This document shows positions 61,916-64,000 of a stretch of 64,000 bases of DNA, one piece after another; position 1 is the first letter of the stretch; the number at the start of each line of letters is the position of its first letter. Where the stretch lies: NCBI GenBank assembly GCA_964016885.1, contig OZ024741.1, forward strand, positions 267,096,001-267,160,000. The letters are read 5' to 3'. A program made the position numbers and the translations under genes. Origin of the DNA: Eledone cirrhosa (Eukaryota). Under the pieces are notes generated by a model. That model saw only the letters and a program-made list of their open reading frames with translations. It did not search any database and was not told the DNA's origin.

Positions 61916-62275
61916 AATGCCCTTCCTAATGCTAATCACCTTACAGAGTGTATTGGGTATATGTTATCATGACATGACCACTGCCACTTTACAAACTGTG
62001 CTAGGTGAATTTTATTATGGCACCAGCTCAATCAATTTACAGAGTGTACTAGGTGTATTTTATCGTGGCATCAACACCACTAGTTTACAGAGTGTATTGG
62101 GTACATTTTATCATGACACTGGCATTACCACTTTACAGAGTGTACTGGGTGCATTTTACCATGTCACCAGTACTATTGCTTTACAGAGTGTACTGGGTGC
62201 CTTTCATTGTGTCACCAACACTACCTCATTACAGCATGTACTGAGTGCATTTTATCATGTCATACTAGACTAATG
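61916..62275 (+). repeat. 39-bp minisatellite (about 8-9 units) derived from the RTE/SINE 3'UTR unit
   Basis: TTACAGAGTGTA(C/T)TGGGT(G/A)CATTTTATCATG.CACCA repeats and follows ATGCCCTTCCTAA, as in the RTE 3'UTRs. Confidence 0.85.
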
Positions 62276-62392
62276 AATCCTCTGAAATTCTATATTGTAT
62301 TTGTATGATTGTCCACCATTTTATTAACAACATATAGCACAGCTTATTTTACATACTTATTAACACCCTTACCCATAACATTTATTCTTCAG

Positions 62393-62436
62393 AGACGATG
62401 ATGTTCTCTATGTGACCGATGGTGAATCATTTAAGC
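62393..62436 (+). CDS. KCTD9: KCTD9 coding exon 3
   Basis: TTCTTCAG| ... |GTGAGT; 44 bp encoding (R)DDDVLYVTDGESFK, compared with human DDDVLFVCEGEPF. Phases are consistent with the neighbouring exons. Confidence 0.92.
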
Positions 62437-62449
62437 GTGAGTATATATT

Positions 62450-62878
62450 TTCTTCCTGTATGACGCCTATGTGCAAAGTGTGATGCTGCATGGTAGTGAA
62501 ACATGGTCAGTGACCGGAGAGAAATGAAGCAGCCATGCTTCGATGGATGTGTAATGTAATTGTGAGAGAAGGGCAGAGATTGGATGAACTGTGGGAAACG
62601 CTGGGTTTAAGAGGAATCCAGGGTGGTGTGCAGGAGAGAAGACTGTGTTGGTACAAACGTGTAATGCTCATGGGTGAAGAAGTGCCAGAAAATCTCAGTG
62701 GAAGGAAGCCTCTGAGGTGATAAACCAAGGAAAACCTGGGCAGAGGTGGTGAGTTCTGATCTCAAATCGCTGAGACTCACAGAAGAGATGAAGAAGGAAT
62801 GCAGCGATTGGAGAGATGCTGTGCTTATCTGACCCATGCAAGCATGGAAAAACGAATGTAAAAACAATGATGATGATG
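62450..62878 (+). mobile_element. Decayed RTE LINE 3' end
   Basis: MLHGSETW, MLRWMCNV, ERRL.WY and a (TGA)n tail. Confidence 0.82.
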
Positions 62879-63270
62879 TTCATATTCAGTAATGGTGTGA
62901 CAGAGATTCCTTCAGCCTTCTCTCTGTCCTGCTTATATATCATCTGACAACACCTTTTCATCTATTTCTCTTTAACAACATTTTGTATCATTGAACTAGG
63001 GTTAGTTTTATGAGATTTGATATCAATGGGGTTTAACAAGTTTATTTTTAGAAAATAGGGTTTTGTTTGAAAACTACCATAATGTGAATTGGACAGTAAA
63101 TGTTAAAAATATGATAACAATGTTTACGTGTTACCTTGCAGTTTTTTTTTTATAGGTCCTTTTGATGAAGGAATTTTATCCTGAAATATAATGACTTATA
63201 AAGTGGCCAGCTAAACCAGCATTGGTATGGGCTAGAACATAACAACATGATAGAACTGGGACCCCTGTTT

Positions 63271-63511
63271 TTAACCCTTTAGCATTTAATCACTCTATAC
63301 ATACTATTGTATTTTTGCGGTAAAGGCTTTATTTTACATAATTATCTTACATAATTATCTTACATAATATCGAATCTATGAGATTTTGATGTTATTTATT
63401 TTGAGAACAATACCTTAACATTAGTATGAGCAGCCAGTTATGGCCAGTTTGAACAGAAAGAGATGAGAGAATTCTGGCCAGATACGGCTGGTTTAAATTC
63501 TAAAGGTTTAA
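63271..63511. mobile_element. TTAA-flanked piggyBac-like MITE
   Basis: Inverted termini TTAACCCTTTAGCATTTAA ... TTAAATTCTAAAGGTTTAA. Confidence 0.65.
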
Positions 63512-63720
63512 AACACCTAAGAAACCGTTTACGAGATACAACCACATAGGAGGCCAGCTAAACCTACACTAGTGCCAGTTGTAACAACATTTACACTACA
63601 CAAAACATGTGTGACTAGCACTCGTGCCAAACATGACTTTGACTATGGAAGGCCGTAATATATATGAAATGATCAACCTTTTTATCATTCATAACATTTT
63701 CTTGATGTCCTCCTCTACAG

Positions 63721-63871
63721 CTTATCTCAGTTCCCGTGTCACACAACTTGCCAGTGTGACAGTGGCACCAACTGTGGTTGCAAAAGAGAAACAACGAACA
63801 AAGCTTGTCCCTGCTGACAGAAATGAATGGCTCACCTTGAACATTGGCGGCAAATCATTCTCCACAACACG
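63721..63871 (+). CDS. KCTD9: KCTD9 coding exon 4 (start of the BTB/T1 domain); the gene continues beyond the window
   Basis: TCCTCTACAG| ... |GTAAGA; ends NEWLTLNIGGKSFSTTR, compared with human TDWLTLNVGGRYFTTTR. The phase matches exon 3. Confidence 0.92.
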
Positions 63872-64000
63872 GTAAGACACATCAAGACCTACATTACAAT
63901 AACAACATCATACATACACAACATATATAACAACAACAACAGGACATCACAACATTACAACACACCACAATAATACAACATACATAACAACAGCATACAC

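Noticed and set aside
61917-62273. Protein with 13-aa repeats
   Set aside because: It is the open frame of a 39-bp minisatellite inside a KCTD9 intron.

Overview
AT-rich, repeat-dominated metazoan genomic DNA. The SINE and RTE repertoire suggests an octopus or other coleoid cephalopod; this is an inference. Three host genes are supported. (1) CNOT7/CAF1 deadenylase on the minus strand (5463-6557), with an intronless CDS and an Asn/Ser-rich tail. (2) The 5' part of KCTD9 on the plus strand, found as four small exons largely missed by the ORF track (24563-24610, 60472-60593, 62393-62436, 63721-63871), with a first intron of about 36 kb. (3) An intact, intronless ZDHHC1/11-like palmitoyltransferase (43382-44233) nested on the same strand inside that intron. 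The rest is layered transposon debris: about 13 RTE LINE fragments whose RT carries an inserted PHD finger, two CR1/L2-type fragments, a CRE-type fragment, two Gypsy elements, a large decayed Helitron plus derivatives, Penelope-like relics with hammerhead-like motifs and perfect foldbacks (one with 234-bp arms), piggyBac/hAT-like MITEs, a Chapaev-like relic, two tRNA-derived SINE families, and micro/minisatellites. The most notable observations are the nested retrogene, a tandem array of 5' splice donors upstream of CNOT7, the PHD-in-RT RTE family, a circularly permuted Gypsy insert inside a duplicated CRE target, and the giant palindrome. There is no evidence for prokaryotic systems or CRISPR. 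All calls were made by eye, and repeat boundaries are approximate.
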